DNA of 64,000 bases, taken from contig JAAOMT010000523.1 in assembly GCA_016748015.1 (NCBI GenBank), forward strand, positions 1,284,546 through 1,348,545, written 5' to 3'. The notes below the pieces were generated by a model. It did not search any database. It saw nothing but the letters and a program-made list of their open reading frames with translations, and was not told the DNA's origin. Below, piece after piece: positions 31,958-46,434 of this stretch. Source of the stretch: Geosiphon pyriformis uo1. Its lineage: Eukaryota > Fungi > Glomeromycota. The position numbers and the translations under genes were made by a program. The number at the start of each line of letters is the position of its first letter. The stretch's first letter is position 1.

Positions 31958-34900
31958 CTAGACTTGTATTATCTTCAACAAACTGTCAGCATTGGTATTC
32001 TTAGATTTTTTCTTGTAATGGGCTTTGTATAAAAATTGTTGCAGATAAGTGTTCTATTGTGCATATTTTCTTCTTGGTTGTGGCTTGTTAAGTAGCCAAA
32101 TAAGTTTTTTATGATCAATATATATGTCAAATAGTTGGCTAAAATAGTGTTTTCAAGTGTATATGGTCTAGTAAATGGTAAGACATTCTAAATTCATTGT
32201 ATTATATATTCTTTTAGCTGAATTTGTACTATAACTAATATACATAATTGAATGTTCTCTGTTGTTTGGTTCTATTTGGGACAAAACTGTTCTTAATGCA
32301 TTCTTCAAGGCATCTATTGTGATTATAAACTTTTTGTTGAAGTTGAAGTAGATCAAAATTGGTGCTGTGATTAATTGTTGCTTAAGATAATCAAAGATTT
32401 CTTGTTGTTCTTTTTTCTAAAAGTATAGTACATGTTTTAACAGTAAGTGGTGAAAGGGTTTGGCAATATCTAAAAATCTTTTTATGAACTAATGATAGTA
32501 TTTAGCCAGTTCTAAAAATCCTCTCAGTTCTTGTAGATTAGTTAGAACTGAAAAATCTTTGATTTTTTGTACTTTGTTTAGATCAAATTTGACTTTATCT
32601 TTGCCAATCAAATATTCTAGAAATTTCAGTTCTTTTTTTCCAAAGAAGCATTTATCAGAGTTGAGCTTTAGCTCTGCACCTTGAAGGTGTTTAAAGATCT
32701 GTTGGAGGTAGAGTAAATGGTTGTCAAAGGTTTCAAAAAACACATTGGTATTATCTAGGTATACTACAACTGATTTTTATAGGATTTCTTTGTATACAAC
32801 ATCTATTAGCTGCTGAAAGATAGCAAAGGTGTTAAAAAGCCTGAAAAGCATCATGTTGAACTCAAAGTTTCTATTTTATATAGTAAATGCCATTTTTTTT
32901 TGTTCTTTGAGTCCATTTTAACTTGTCAATATCTACTGATAAGATCTAATAACAAATACCATTTTTTATTTCTCAGATTGTCCAGAATTTTTTGAATGAG
33001 TGAAATAAGATAACTATTTCCTTAAGTAATATTATTTAGTTTCCAATAGTCCATGCAGAATCTTATCTTTTCATTTTTTTTTGTAACTAATACAACTAGA
33101 GAGAATCAAGAGCTTAAAAATTTTTTGATCAGTCCATTGTTAAGCATTCATTGTATTTCTTGTTTAATTAGATTATCACTGGATGAAAGTACTTGATAAA
33201 TCCATTGTTTAATAAATCAAACATCTTCTATGTCAATCTGGTGTTTCATAATATCGGTGTGTTCAAATTCATTTTTACTGGCAAAGACATTAACATATTA
33301 GTTTAATAGAACTTTGAGTTGTATCTACTGTAGCATGCTCAAGTTTCCCAAGTTTAGTTTGTTGATTTCTTCTGGTGTAAACAGATAACTTTCCTTTGGC
33401 AGATTTCATACTTGTGAGATAATGTCACAGAATAAGAATAATTGTGCAAAGTCTGAAATGGGTTGAAGTTTCTTTGGATTCTGAATGTCTGGGAATATGG
33501 AATCAATGAAGGTTTTTTCTGAGATTTTGATGGTGTCTTCTATGTAATTATAAATAAAAATCTTTAAATGGTTATGAGCTTTAAATAGTATATACAGATT
33601 GGCTACGTCAACTAGGAAACAGATCTTAGAATTGGCTCCAAATAATATGACTTGATCTTGAATTTTTTAATCTACTTTGAGAATATATTGTCTGTATAGA
33701 AGAATGAAAATGACTGTATCAGTGGAAATAAATTCTACCTGATCACTGTCTTCTTCTATAAAATTAACTGGTATGTTCTCTTTTTCACTTAATTCAAATC
33801 TGTTAATTTTTTTAGTAATGAGACCTAATTCTTTGCATATAATAACTGGAATCAATTGGAGTACTTTCACAAAAGGCAAAAAGATTGCTTGGACAATCTT
33901 CTCTTGTGACTCAATTTTGTAGGTTTGTTTGAATTGTTTTGTGGCATCACAATAATGTTTCCAATATAACCAGCATCAATAATTCCTTTTTTTACATTGA
34001 TTTTTTTCTTTGCAAGACTAGATCTGAATGCTATTTGTACTATCATACTAACAGGAATTTTTAACACTATTTTAAGATCTATTATTACAAGAAAGTGTAA
34101 GACTATAATTACAGATGATTGTTCAGAGTATCTTAAATTAAAACCAGTATTGGTGTTATATGCTCTTTTAAAGCATACTTTTTTGTTATTGTCACTATAC
34201 TATTTCAATTCTAATTCTTTGAAAAGGTCAAGATAAATAAGATACTGTTTTATTTCAGTAATCTAACTTGACTCTTAAAACAATATGTTTTTAATAGGTA
34301 ACTCATATTCTTCTTTAAGTTCTGTTAATTTTGCTATAGAATATAATGTCTTTGGAGGTGAATTAAATAGAAGATTATACTTATCACAGTACTAAAAATG
34401 GCATAAAACCAAACAATAATTGTACAGCTTTGTGTTAAGATTAGCTAACCTTTGTTCCTATTCTTCCCAGGTAGAAACCAATTCCTAATATCAATCCTAA
34501 AATGCATCTGGATTATCTGTGAAAAGATCATCCATAACATAGTTGAGTTTATTATATTTAAGCATGAAAGGATTGTTCTTGATTTCTCATATTTCACAGA
34601 GTGTAGTGCTTTTGGCTTTTGCACTTACTATTCTCCAAATTTTATGCTTATTGTGTAAATAATCTTCTAATTGTATTAGTGTTTCTCTCTAAACATTCTC
34701 AATTAAAGTTCTTTTTTGTACCTAATTATTGATTAAAATTATGTATTGAAATGCTTTGTTATATGTTTTTTCTTTGCCAGATACATTATTTTAAAATTCT
34801 TTATTTGCCAGAATTTTTTCATATATAAGGCATGATATATGGTCTCATTTATCCTGTCATTTTGGTCATCCAAATTTTTTTAACACACAAAGTTTGCAAT

Positions 34901-37900
34901 AATATCTAGTAGCAATTGGTTATTTTTTATTGTCTCTGATACATGTACTCATTGATAACAACTTTTTCCTACAATTAACACAAATTAATTTCAGAGATCT
35001 GTAAAATTGATTTCTTTAATACAGTGCTTGATAATTTGGTGGTAGTATTTAAGAATCTTTATTAGTCTTTCTTTTTCCTTTTTTTTTACAAGTAGAGGGT
35101 GGTGGTAGCTCTGTTTAGAAATCATCCATCCAAGAAACTTGGTATGTTTCTAAGGTTGATTGGGAAATTAGTTTATCAAATTCAATTAAAGGCTGTTTTG
35201 GAGTGGCTATTTGGAAGTGTCCACAGGTGATGAGTACTCAGGTATTTTGTTCTTTGAAAATAATTTGAAGTTTCTGTGTGTTTCAATCTAGAGTAGTGTG
35301 AGTTTTTGTTAGCCAATTATTTTCTATAAAAGCCTAATATTAGGTGGCTTCTATGACAAGCATCTTGGTTGAAATTTGAATACCACTGATTTTGAAAGAG
35401 AAATTATCAATTTCTCTGATTGGAGTTTTGATATTGCCATTTGCAGTAATAATTTAGACAGTGGCAGCATGATCTATTCAGTAACTTAATTGATCTATTA
35501 ACTGTTTTATAATTATACTTCCTGCTAATCTGCTATTGAGAATTAATTTAATGTCTATGTTTTTGACTCTAGCATCAGTGTATATTGTCATGATTGGTTT
35601 GTCCAAATTGATGACAGCTCCATTAAACAGGCTAGTTGTGTTCAGGTTTTCAATTTTAAAAAGGAAAATAACAGCCAAAGTGGTGTTTTCTATAATAGTA
35701 GCAGGTGAAATTGTATTGTTGGTTTGGTTTAAAGTTGAAAGATTGAAAATTTTTTTTATATTTTTCTTTTTTACAAGTGTGATATTACCAAAATTTAGAA
35801 TTTTGATAAGACCAAGATACAAGACTTGATTGGAATATTCAGTTTGTGTTGGTTGAGATATTGTGTTGCTATAATTGATTGGTCTGAATAATCTACTGAT
35901 AGATTATGGTTGATTTCCACTAATGTTTTGTTATCCTTAATTGTAGTTAATTGCTTATAGTTTTAGTTAATAATATATGAGATTTTAGTACTGAAATGCT
36001 AATTGAGCCATTGCTGATGGTAGCTGATAGTAATTCTGGGGCATTTTTTATGAGTACTGTGGCAGTTGATATTGGGGTACTAAGAGTTGTGGTTTTATGG
36101 TCTAAGAATATCTTAGTTGTTGATAATATTGATTTCTTTTGTTTTGGTCTGCTAATTTTTTTTGGCAGTCTCAAACAATATGTCCAGGTTTCTGACAATA
36201 ATAACAACTATAGAGATTTGTTTTCTAGAGTTGTTGTTGCTGCTGACAATTCTGCTGTTATTAATGTTTATTGTTGTTAGTGTTGTCTTTCTGTTAAGAT
36301 GGCTGATAGGTTCTTGTGGTACTGGCTAAAAATCCCTCAATTTTTTGAGTTAATGTCTTACTTAATTGGATTATTTTTGTGTTAATATTTGAAGTTCTAT
36401 TAATGGTCAAGTTAATGGCTTGAGTATGATTGGCTTTTTGCTTTGCTAACTTAAAATTATAAGCAAGAATAACTGTTTCTTTTAGATTTGTTGGGTGGTA
36501 GGGTCTTACTAATTATAGAATACTATTCCTTAATTTTTTAACAAATTGGTTAAGAATTTGTCCAGGGGTGTAATAGTCTCTTTTAATTGTCTAAACCTGT
36601 TAAAAAATTTGATTAAACCATCAAAAATAAGTGGTTATGGTGTTATAGGTGAATATTTGAGGTTTCGAAACAAATAACAAACCCATAATTTGGTGCTTAA
36701 TAACTAATACAGTTGGTAATATCTAAAGGTTTTGATGAATTTAAAGGTTTTGGGTTTGGAGTTCTTTATATAATGGATAGAGATTTAATAATCATGGTAT
36801 ATAAGTTGTTGGTAATGTGTTTCTCAATTTCTTTTTTCAATTTGGTGGCCAGTTTATTCTGACAGTTGTGCTCTTTTGATAAGTTATCCAAATTTTTCAA
36901 TCTATACTCTTCTATTTGGGTCTTTTACCAGATTATCCATGACATCAATTATTCAGTGCATATTCTCTTAATTAATTAGTAAACAACATAAAAACAACAA
37001 AAAAAGAATAATGATTAAAGAAAGATGAAGAAATTAAGCCAAGACAATTCAGTTAGTATCTTGTTAATAGCTATGATCAAGAACTATTGTTTCAGTATAG
37101 TTAAGTATTTATAGTTATCAACATGAAGTGTTGATAATAAAAAGTGGATTAAGATAACAAATAATTATTTATTGATATTTGTAATTTAAAAGATTGTTTA
37201 GATAAAATCTAAACTGAAAGATCTGTCTTTTTTGCTTCTAATGCTACTACTATATATACATAATTTAGGTTCTACAAGATTGCTCATATTTCCAAGCAAT
37301 ATGCTATAATTTCTTGAGCAATACTTACATTACTGAACAATGAACCCTAATTTTCTAATATTGCTCCACATTGCTGAACAATATGCCATAATTTCTGACA
37401 TTGCTCCATATTACTGAGCAATATGCTCATATGCTAACTACTACTCTCCCATTGGTCTATCTGTTTTTCCCACTATTTTTTTTATATATTTTCTTTATGA
37501 ATAACAATGGCTTTATGATTCTTTTGTTTTACTATGTTGAACTGATTTTGTAGTCGAATGAGTGTATTAGGGTTGCAAAAATATTACAAGAAGGCAAGTT
37601 TGAAAGTGGCAAAGTCAGTTGGTTTTTTTTCAAGACTTTGGTATTACAAATTTGCTATTTTTGTTAAAAAAAAAGCAATGCTTAGATTGTTCTGTTATTA
37701 TTCCAATTGTTGATGGTGATTGCTTTCTCAGCTTTTATAATCCAAAAATATGCATTATCTTTTTCTTCAGAAAATTTCTTGAGCCTAGTAATATTTCTGT
37801 AAGTTATATTTTAATTGACTAGAGATAAAGTATTAGTTAAGACTGAGAAAATTAATGGTAGTATACTGTAGTGTTTCTTTGGTGCTAATGCTAGTTGTTT

Positions 37901-38616
37901 TTTTATTAATCAAACCAATAAGTTGTAAAATGACTGTTTCTTTTGAAAGAGTAGTTGTTGATTTAGTTAAAAGCTGTGCTAATGGTGGTTCTTATGTCAA
38001 CAAGTTTTTATCTGGTATACTGTCTGCTGGAACAAAATTCCCAAATAACAATCTGTATTCTCCTAGTGATCTGTTCCAAAGATTATTATTCTGGCCCCAA
38101 AAGTACAGCATCCTAAAAATTCATGGAGTTTGTAATTGTGCTTTTATAAATTAGTGAAATAGTATTCTACTTCTTGGTGTTTGATGGTATAAAAGAGTAG
38201 TTGGTAAGAAAACTCTTGGTTTTTTACTGTCTGTAGACTGAGTTTGTTCTTTTGTGGCAGTTGTGATGTTTGACTCAGTTTTTTTGGAATTGGATTTCAC
38301 TGGTTGTTTTATTTGAGAATATTTTTTTTTCATATATTCTTCAATTTTCTTATCAATTATCTAAAGAATCTCAGTAATCACTCTAATGGTGGTATTTGTT
38401 GAATATGTTAATAGTCTTTGATAGATTTTTTTTTTCAAGTTTCCCTGTGTCTGTTGTTTGGCTTAGTAAGCAGTCAATCTTTGCATATAAATAATTACAG
38501 AAATTGTTTTCTGTAATAATGGCTTCTAATAGTATTCTTAAGTCTTCCTAAAAATATTGAAATATTGCTTTCTTATATGGTAAATAATCCTTTTCTACTG
38601 TTTCAATAGTCATTAT
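31958..38616 (-). pseudogene. gag-pol: Element E gag-pol, including dUTPase at about 33780-34150; interrupted by solo LTR 36641-37506
   Basis: RT/RH fragments (32489-32743, 32168-32356), RSSLAKK..GIIDAGYIG, IKLILNSRLAGSII, and gag remnants. Confidence 0.88.
36641..37506 (-). mobile_element. Solo LTR, family L2 variant, in gag of E
   Basis: TGTTATAG...GAATAACA, perfect TSD ATGG/ATGG. R/U5 resembles 2692-3300; U3 has a different repeat (TTGCTC..ATTGCTGAGCAATATG). Confidence 0.88.
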
Positions 38617-39051
38617 TTCTGTGAATTTCTGGAGTATTCTGTTTCTGTGGATTTTATAATCTTACAGAGAACACTAAATGTTACAAATAAACTGGTGGAA
38701 TATGAATGTAATGTTTGGTGCTCTCAATTTGTGTTGAAACTATTTTGGTCTTTTGTTTGATCAATATTATCAATCTTTAAAAGTCTTTTTTATATCTAAA
38801 TTTACCTATAAAGTTCTTTAATTATAAAACACAGAGTTCTAATTTTGCATGTTATAACTTTTCATAAATATGAGCTATCTTTTCCAAGCTAATGAATACA
38901 GTTATTAGAGTCTGGCAGTGTTTTTTTGCCTTTTTGGTAAGCTAACAAGATAACATTAATATCCAATTTTTAGGGGAGCTTCTCTCTTTTACCAAGCTAT
39001 TACAAAGTCTATTTCTAGACAATCAATTTTTTTATGTTGCAGCTCCTCAAG

Positions 39052-39091
<40 letters not shown>

Positions 39092-39635
39092 AAAAAAAAT
39101 TAGTATCATTAATCATCATAATCAAGAGCAATTGGTTCAAATTATTATGAATTTGAAATATTTATGCTAATGGCATCTGTCCTGGAACAAAAATAGAAAC
39201 AATAATTAGTTTAATTAAAATACAGAAGTTTGGAAAACATGTATTTGTGAGTTTAATTTCAAAGAATTGTTTTATTTGAATATAACTATGAGATATTGGG
39301 TATATAGTAAAAAAGATTATTATTATGTTTTTTTTTGACTGTTTTTTCTAACTTTTACATTACACATTTTTATATATTTTTTGTTCTACAGAATTGCTTC
39401 TGATTGCTTTGTTATTTTTGTTATTATTTTGTTTTTCTATATTATTGTTAGTTATACTATGTTATAATACATTATTCTATATTATTACTAATTATACTAT
39501 ATTATAATATGTTATCCTACATTATTATGTATTATTCTATGTTTTTTGCATTATCCTGTGTTATTTTGTATAGTTATATTTTGGTTATGTTTTTTTTATA
39601 ACTTTGAATTGGTTTTACTATTTAGATAACAACAA

Positions 39636-42074
39636 CTGGTTATCCAAGACTAATACAATACTAGACTACCTAAGAATTACAATTCAGCCAAAATGATAGA
39701 TACACTCAAGTACCAACCACCTGTGGTTATTTTAAACCCAGTACCACATTAGTCTCACTAATCAAATTTGAGAAAAAAGTAAACAAACCTACTTGGAAAG
39801 CCTACCAAGTCTTATAAGTTAACACTAATCACAATAAATTACCATTAGTACTCTCTTGAAACAACAAGAGAAAAGAAAAAAAAAGATAAACTACAAGAAA
39901 ACATCACTACCAGCAAAATAACAAGTGGCTAGGAAAGATTATATTCACACAAACTAGTAAAAGAGCCATCATACATCCCATTCAAATGCAAAAATGGCAA
40001 GAAAAAACTGTGCTCTATAAAAGCATAGATTGCATTTAACAAAGATTATTAGACATGTATGCACTACTATTATAAGCCATGCTACTGAGAATACTATAAT
40101 TATCACAAATGGCAAGACAAGTGGGACAACAAATCATGTCTTACTTATGGAGAACAGCTACTCAACAAAGAAATGTAGAATAATATTTTCAGTTGAGAAG
40201 AAATATGTAATGCTTCATGTCAATATACGATTTTTATTAGTAACTGGATGAGCTGAGAAACATTTTTTAATACAGCATAAAACCAAACACTCTCACATTT
40301 AGATAGTTACTTATACAATGAAGACGAAATCTGGAGAATGGCAAGTGCCAAAGTCAAAGGTACTTTGTCCAATAAAATATTAAAAATTAAAAACAACCCA
40401 CCAGAACCAGTTAAAACTGTTTTTATTCTCAACTCAGATGCTTTCTTCAACATTGAAGCTAGACCAGAAGAGTTTTATGAATACTATTAAAATTTAGCAC
40501 TAATCAAAACAGAACAAGAAAAATGATTGAAATAGTTAAATGTTTGACTTTGTTAACACTGTTTAATTCCATGTGACTTTTAATATTGTAATGAATGTAG
40601 TCTCATTTACAATCCACTATCATACATAATCTACATGATTATAAAAGAGAAAAAACCAATTAGCAACTGTGGAACAGAATCAGAATTGCCACTCAATTAC
40701 AATTCAAACTCTGACAATAATAATGATAACAATGGTTTCAGTTTTATTCAAGATGGCAACAACTACAGTAACAATTCAAACTCTGATTTAAACTCAAAAC
40801 AATATATCACATTTCTTGATCTTTCAAAAAAGCAAGAACTTAAATGGTTTAGTAATAATAATAAAGGTATTATGCCAAAATGTGTGCATAATACTAATAC
40901 AAGATTTGATTTTAGATATCTTGAAAAAGATGCTATCAAATTGGAACCATATTTACACATCTGTATTGATCTGAAAGTAGCATTGGAAATCTCAACAACA
41001 ATAATAGTTCAACTAGCATCCAGGAGTAGCTTAGCAAAAAAAAATTAATATAAAAAGAGGAATAATTGACACAGAATTTATAGAAAATATTATTGCAATA
41101 CTACAAAATGATTCAAAAAAGACTCATATCATTGAGCCAAATGAAAAGATAGCACAGGCAATATTTCTGTTTCTGATTAAAATAGTTTAGTTAGTGTTAG
41201 TAGAAAATAGAAAAAAATTAGAAATAACAGCAAGAAGAAAAAATGGATTTGGATTAACAGATAGAATAGATGTATCAATCAATATAGCAGAGAAAGAAGT
41301 TATTAACAAAGGAAAAATTATCTCCACCTGTCAATCAATTTTCATTTCACCATATGACCAGTACATAATAACTATAGAAAAAAAAGTAAAGAATCAGGCT
41401 TAAATTTTTGAAGCAGAAGCTATAATTTGTAAATCAGAAAAGATTAGACTTTTTAATCTCTACATACCAGCTAAGAACTATAGCCACATAAAAATTCTGG
41501 TCTACAATACCACTGGAAATATTATCAAAATACCAAAAGGAATTACCATTAAATACTTAAGCCCAAAAGCTGAAAACCAACCACCAAATTCTATTTCAGA
41601 TTTTTCACAACTGTGTGGATATGTAGATATTACATCACAAACAATCTATAGACAATAGGAATATTATTTGCTCCAACCAAAACAATTGGAACAAATGAAC
41701 TTGAAAAACTAAGACCCACTACAACAGATGCAATTCAAGCTGTTACTTAATAATTTCACCAACATTTTTGCCAGTAAAAACGAATTTGGCAGAACTGATA
41801 TTATTCAGCATCAGATCAAGACCAAAGATGCAATGCCAATTAAACAAAAAGCATACCAAATACTACCAGCAAGCCATGAAATCATTCAACAGAAAATTAA
41901 TCAAATGTTAGACATTAGATTAATTCAATCATCAATAAGTTTATAGTCATTACCAGTGATACTAGTCCATAAGAAAAATAGAAAAATTCATTTTTATGTA
42001 GATTATAGAAAACTTAATGACATTACTTATGGAGACAGCTATTCAACTCTATAAATTCAGAAATTATTTGATGC
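39636..42074 (+). pseudogene. pol: Element C pol middle: protease end, Cys-rich domain, dUTPase (about 40895-41260), spacer, RT start
   Basis: QLASRSSLAKK, RGIIDTEF, EKIAQA, RRKNGFGLTD; FASKNEFGRTDIIQHQI; FYVDYRKLN. Confidence 0.88.
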
Positions 42075-43122
42075 TGTTATGAGTAAACTTGATAAGATAG
42101 AGAGATGGTAACATTTGGTGTTCTTAATTATTAGTAATACATGTTTTGCATAATTCTGGTGGCTTAATCTTTGTTTATTAATCTTTAAAGGTCTTATTTT
42201 ATTGGTTGTGAATTTATCTGTTGAGCTCTTTGGTTATAAGACACAGAGTTTTGGTTCTCACTAATTGTAACTTCTTATAAAAATAAGCTTTTTTTTCTGA
42301 GCTAATGAGTGCAGTTATTAGGGTCTGACATTGTCTTTTTGCCTTTTTAGTAAGCTATCAAGATAATGTTAATATCCAAAAACCTAGGGGGAGCTTCCCT
42401 CTTTTACCAGACTATTACAAAGTCTATTCTCAGACAGTCGATTTTACTATGTTGTTGCTCCACAAAAATAAATAAATAAATAAATAAAAAAAAATAAAAT
42501 AAAAAAAAAAATAAATAAATTAGTATTATCAATTGTCATAATCAAGAGCAATTTGTTCAAATTGTTAATAGTTCAAGATGGTTATGCTAAGAGCATTTAC
42601 CTGGAACAAAGATACAAAACAATGGTTAATTTATGTAAATTTTACAAAGTTTGAGAACATGAATTCGTGATTCTGATTTCTTAATAATTGATTTATTTCA
42701 GAAGATAAATATGGAATATAATAAATGATGAAGGAGTATAGATATGTGATTCTTGTCTAGTGGTTCATATTTATCTGTCTGTCTGTTTCTACCTTCTACA
42801 ACTACTCACTTTTATATATTCTTTTGGTTTTACAGAATTGCTTCTAATTGTTTTGTTATTGCTAACTATTGCTTTGTTATTTCTGTTATTATTTCATTTT
42901 CCTATGTTATTACTAATTATCCTATATTATAACACGTTATTTAGTGTTATTATGTATTATTCTGTGTTATCTCACATTGTAACATATTATTCTGTACTAT
43001 CCTAAATTATAATATATTATTCAATGTTATTGCATACTATTCTGTATTATGTTATGTTCTGGTCATGTTTCTTTATAACTTCGGATTAGTTTTTTTACTT
43101 GAATAATATTATCTCTCTTTTT

Positions 43123-43860
43123 TTAGAATTGAGCTTCTGTGAAATTATATGTATTTGTTATCTTGGCTTTATTTATATAGTGTTTGATGGTCACATTGAG
43201 TATTGTTCTTTGTAGATTTTTGAACTGTCGATTGATTATTTGTCCTATGTTGTTAACTGTTATAGTCTTTATAGATTCATACAACAGTATATTTGGACAA
43301 TGTTGGAAAGCAGCATATAGTCAGTATGCTGCTTTGTAATATAAGATCAAATTGCTTTTTTCTATGAATTTTTCTACTTGTTGTATTGTTTTTTTGTTAA
43401 AATTTTTCTGGTTAAGATCTCTATATGGTGTCTTTAAATCTAGTTGTTCACCAATTTTGTAGAACTAATATGTTGGAAGAAGTTTTTTTTTCTATTCCTG
43501 GATATTGTCAGGTGTTCATTCTCCTGTTTCAAGAAATTTGATCCTACAAGCTAAAGCTTCTTTAATTTCTTTGAGCTCAAAGACCAAGTATCTTCTTTTA
43601 TAAACTTTTTCTCATTCCTCTACTTTTTTTTTAAGCTCTACTCGAAACAATTTAATTCTTTTTTGTAAAATTTTTTTCTTAGGCAAAGTGTAGGGATAAG
43701 AATAATTAGTTTTAGTTAAACTTGTGTCCATTTCTTTTTTGCTCCTATCTTTATAGTGTTTTTTTTTTCTATTAATTGTTATTTTTATTTGAGCAGAAAA
43801 TTGTTGAATTGTATTAAATAGTTGTTTTGAGAGTTGTACAATTTGATCTAACAGGTCCAT
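43123..43860 (-). pseudogene. Element F ORF3
   Basis: MDLLDQIVQLSKQLFNTIQQ... continuing to ...YYKAAY*LY...NFTEAQF*. Confidence 0.8.
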
Positions 43861-43941
43861 GTTGAAAGTTCTATCATTTTTTTGCCACTTTTTAAATGAT
43901 ATATATATTTAAATTCTTTAATTTAATTTGCTGCACATTGT

Positions 43942-45309
43942 CTATGGTACAATGATAATAATTGGTTTTAGATTTTGTAATATATCTTTTGGTTTGATTA
44001 ATAAAATTTGTGTTCCTAGTTGAGATACTGATGATGATGATTTTTGTTTTGCATAATAAATTTTTAACTGATTTCTATGTATTACTTTCTTTAGAATTTT
44101 TTCTTTTAATTGTAATTTGTAAGTTCTATTGCCTAAAACTTCGTGTATATGAAAAAGATCATCTCACTTTGGGTCAAACTTTCCATTTCATTGTTTTTTA
44201 GCTTTTGTACAATGTAATAGTACTTGGTCTTCAATCTTGAATTCCATTGGTTGTTTAGGTAGGCATTAATCATGTCTTTTTTTTTGTTGTTCTTAAGCAT
44301 TACTAATATTGTTAGCTGCTGTTCTATGATTATTTTCTAATATTTCCATAAGCTGATATGTTCTATGGTATAAGATTGCTTTGAAATTTTCTTCAGTGAT
44401 AGCTTCTGTTGAGTACAACTGTATTTCTTTTTTAATAGATAGAATGGCTTTTTTTCTATAGACTAATTCAAATAATGTGAACTGAATTGTATCTTGTTTC
44501 AGTGTTTAGTATGCAAAAAGTACAGAAGATATGAATAAGTCTTATTCTTGTTCATTTTCATGACTTATTTTTACTAGTGCTTCACATAGTGTTTGGTTAA
44601 ATTGTTCTACCAATCTGTTTATTTGTGAGTAATATGGTAACAATAAAGGATGTTTTATTTTAAACTGTTGACTTAATTCAGTTAACATATTATTGACAAA
44701 ATGCATTCCTTGATTGGATAGCAGTTTTTTTGGGCATCCATGTCTGCAAATCAGATTTTGGTGTACAAACTCAGCTACTGTTTTAGCATTTGCTACTTAG
44801 ATGGCTCTGGCTTCTGGCTATTTTGTCAAGTAATCTACAGCTACAATGATATAACAATTTCCTTTGGATGTTATGGAGAGAGAACCAACCAAATTAATCC
44901 CAATTCTATCAAATAAATTTCCAACTGGAATGAATCGAAGTAGTTTTGTTGTTCTGGTTTCTTTTCTTCACTGGCATAAGTCTCAATTAAGCATGTATTT
45001 GAAAATGTCTTTGTATATTATTGGCCAATAGTATAAATTTAGGGTTTTTTTGAGAATAGCATCTTTGTTAAAATGTCCTGCAATTAGATCAGAATACATA
45101 CAATGTAATATAGTTTCTTTTTTATTGTTTTTTATAACTCGTTATGAGGTGGAGCAGTTTTGGCATTCTTATCAATATAGTTGGTTGTCTTGAATAAAAT
45201 AATTTCAGACTTGTTTTTGTATGGTATTTTGTTCTTATTAAGATAATATCTCCTTAAAACATAATGTTAATAGGTACTGATATAGTCATTGATAAGTGAG
45301 TGTGTTCAT
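43942..45309 (-). pseudogene. int: Element F integrase ORF (own ATG at 45309)
   Basis: MNTLTYQ..., FDRIGINLVG, AVDYLTK, LLSNQGMHF, C-terminal QNLKPIIII. Confidence 0.88.
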
Positions 45310-46434
45310 GGGTCTAGGATTAGGTTTGTAGTATTCTTAATAAACTGTTGGTATTGATGTTCTTAGATCCTTTCTTATAATAGACTTTGAATGAGAATTG
45401 TTGCAGATAAGTACTCTATCTTGTATATTTTTTTCCAGTTGTGAGTTATTGAGTAACCAGATAAGTTTCTTATGATCTGTATATAGATCAAATAGTTGAC
45501 TAAGATAGTGTTTTCATGTTTGTACTATTCAATAAATGGTGAGATATTTTAGATCTATTGTGCTGTAAATTTTTTTAGCTGGACTTGTGCTATAATTAGC
45601 ATATATGATTGAATGTTCTCTGTTGTCTGGTTTTATTTGCAATAAGATGGCTTTTAGTGTATTCTTTAAGGAATCTGTAACAACAATAAAATGTTTAATA
45701 AAATCAGAGTAGATCAATATTAGGGATGTGATCAGTTGCTGTTTAAGATAATCAAAGGCTTTTTGTTAATCTTTCTTTTATAAATACAGCACATATTTGG
45801 ACAACAAGTAGTGAAGAAGTTTTGTGATAGCTAAAAACCCTTTAACAAATTGGCAGTAGTATTCTGCCAATTCTAAAAATTCTCATAACTTTTGAAGGTT
45901 AATTAAAGCTGAAAAATTTTTAACTTTTTGGACCTTGTTCAGATCAGATTTGACTCTGTTTTTGCCAATCACATGTCCTAGAAATTTCAACTCAGTTTTC
46001 CCAAAGAAACATTTTTCGGAATTGAGTTTTAATCCAGCATTTCAAAGACATTTGAAGACTTGTTAAAAGTGTAGCAGATGATCATTGAATGTTTCAAAGA
46101 ACATGTTTGTGTCATCTAAGTAAACTATGACTGATTTCCAAAGAATTTCTTTGTACATGATATCCATAAGGCATTAGAACATGACAAAAACATTACAAAA
46201 TTCAAAAAACATTATGTTAAATTCAAAATTGCCATCTTGAGTAGTGAATGCCATTTTTTTTTTGTCTTTGGGATCCATTTCTATTTGCCAATATCTACTG
46301 GCTAGATCCAATGATGAGAACCATTTTTTTTCCTAAGTTGTCCAGAATTTCTTGAATAAGAAGAGTAGAATAACTATTTTCTTAGATAATGCTATTTAAT
46401 TTTTAATAATTCATGCAGAATTGTATCTTTTAGT

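Larger units (their letters stand above)
27876..39631 (-). mobile_element. Element E: full-length decayed Ty3/gypsy element (L3 LTRs 27876-28911 and 38679-39631)
   Basis: Paired LTRs, TSD ATAA/ACAA, degenerate PBS about 38659-38676, and gag-pol, IN and ORF3 remnants. Confidence 0.88.

Noticed and set aside
42760-43005. Hydrophobic, TM-like ORFs in L3 LTRs (also 28590-28787, 53785-54030) as env or membrane peptides
   Set aside because: They are antisense translations of T-rich U3 tandem repeats.
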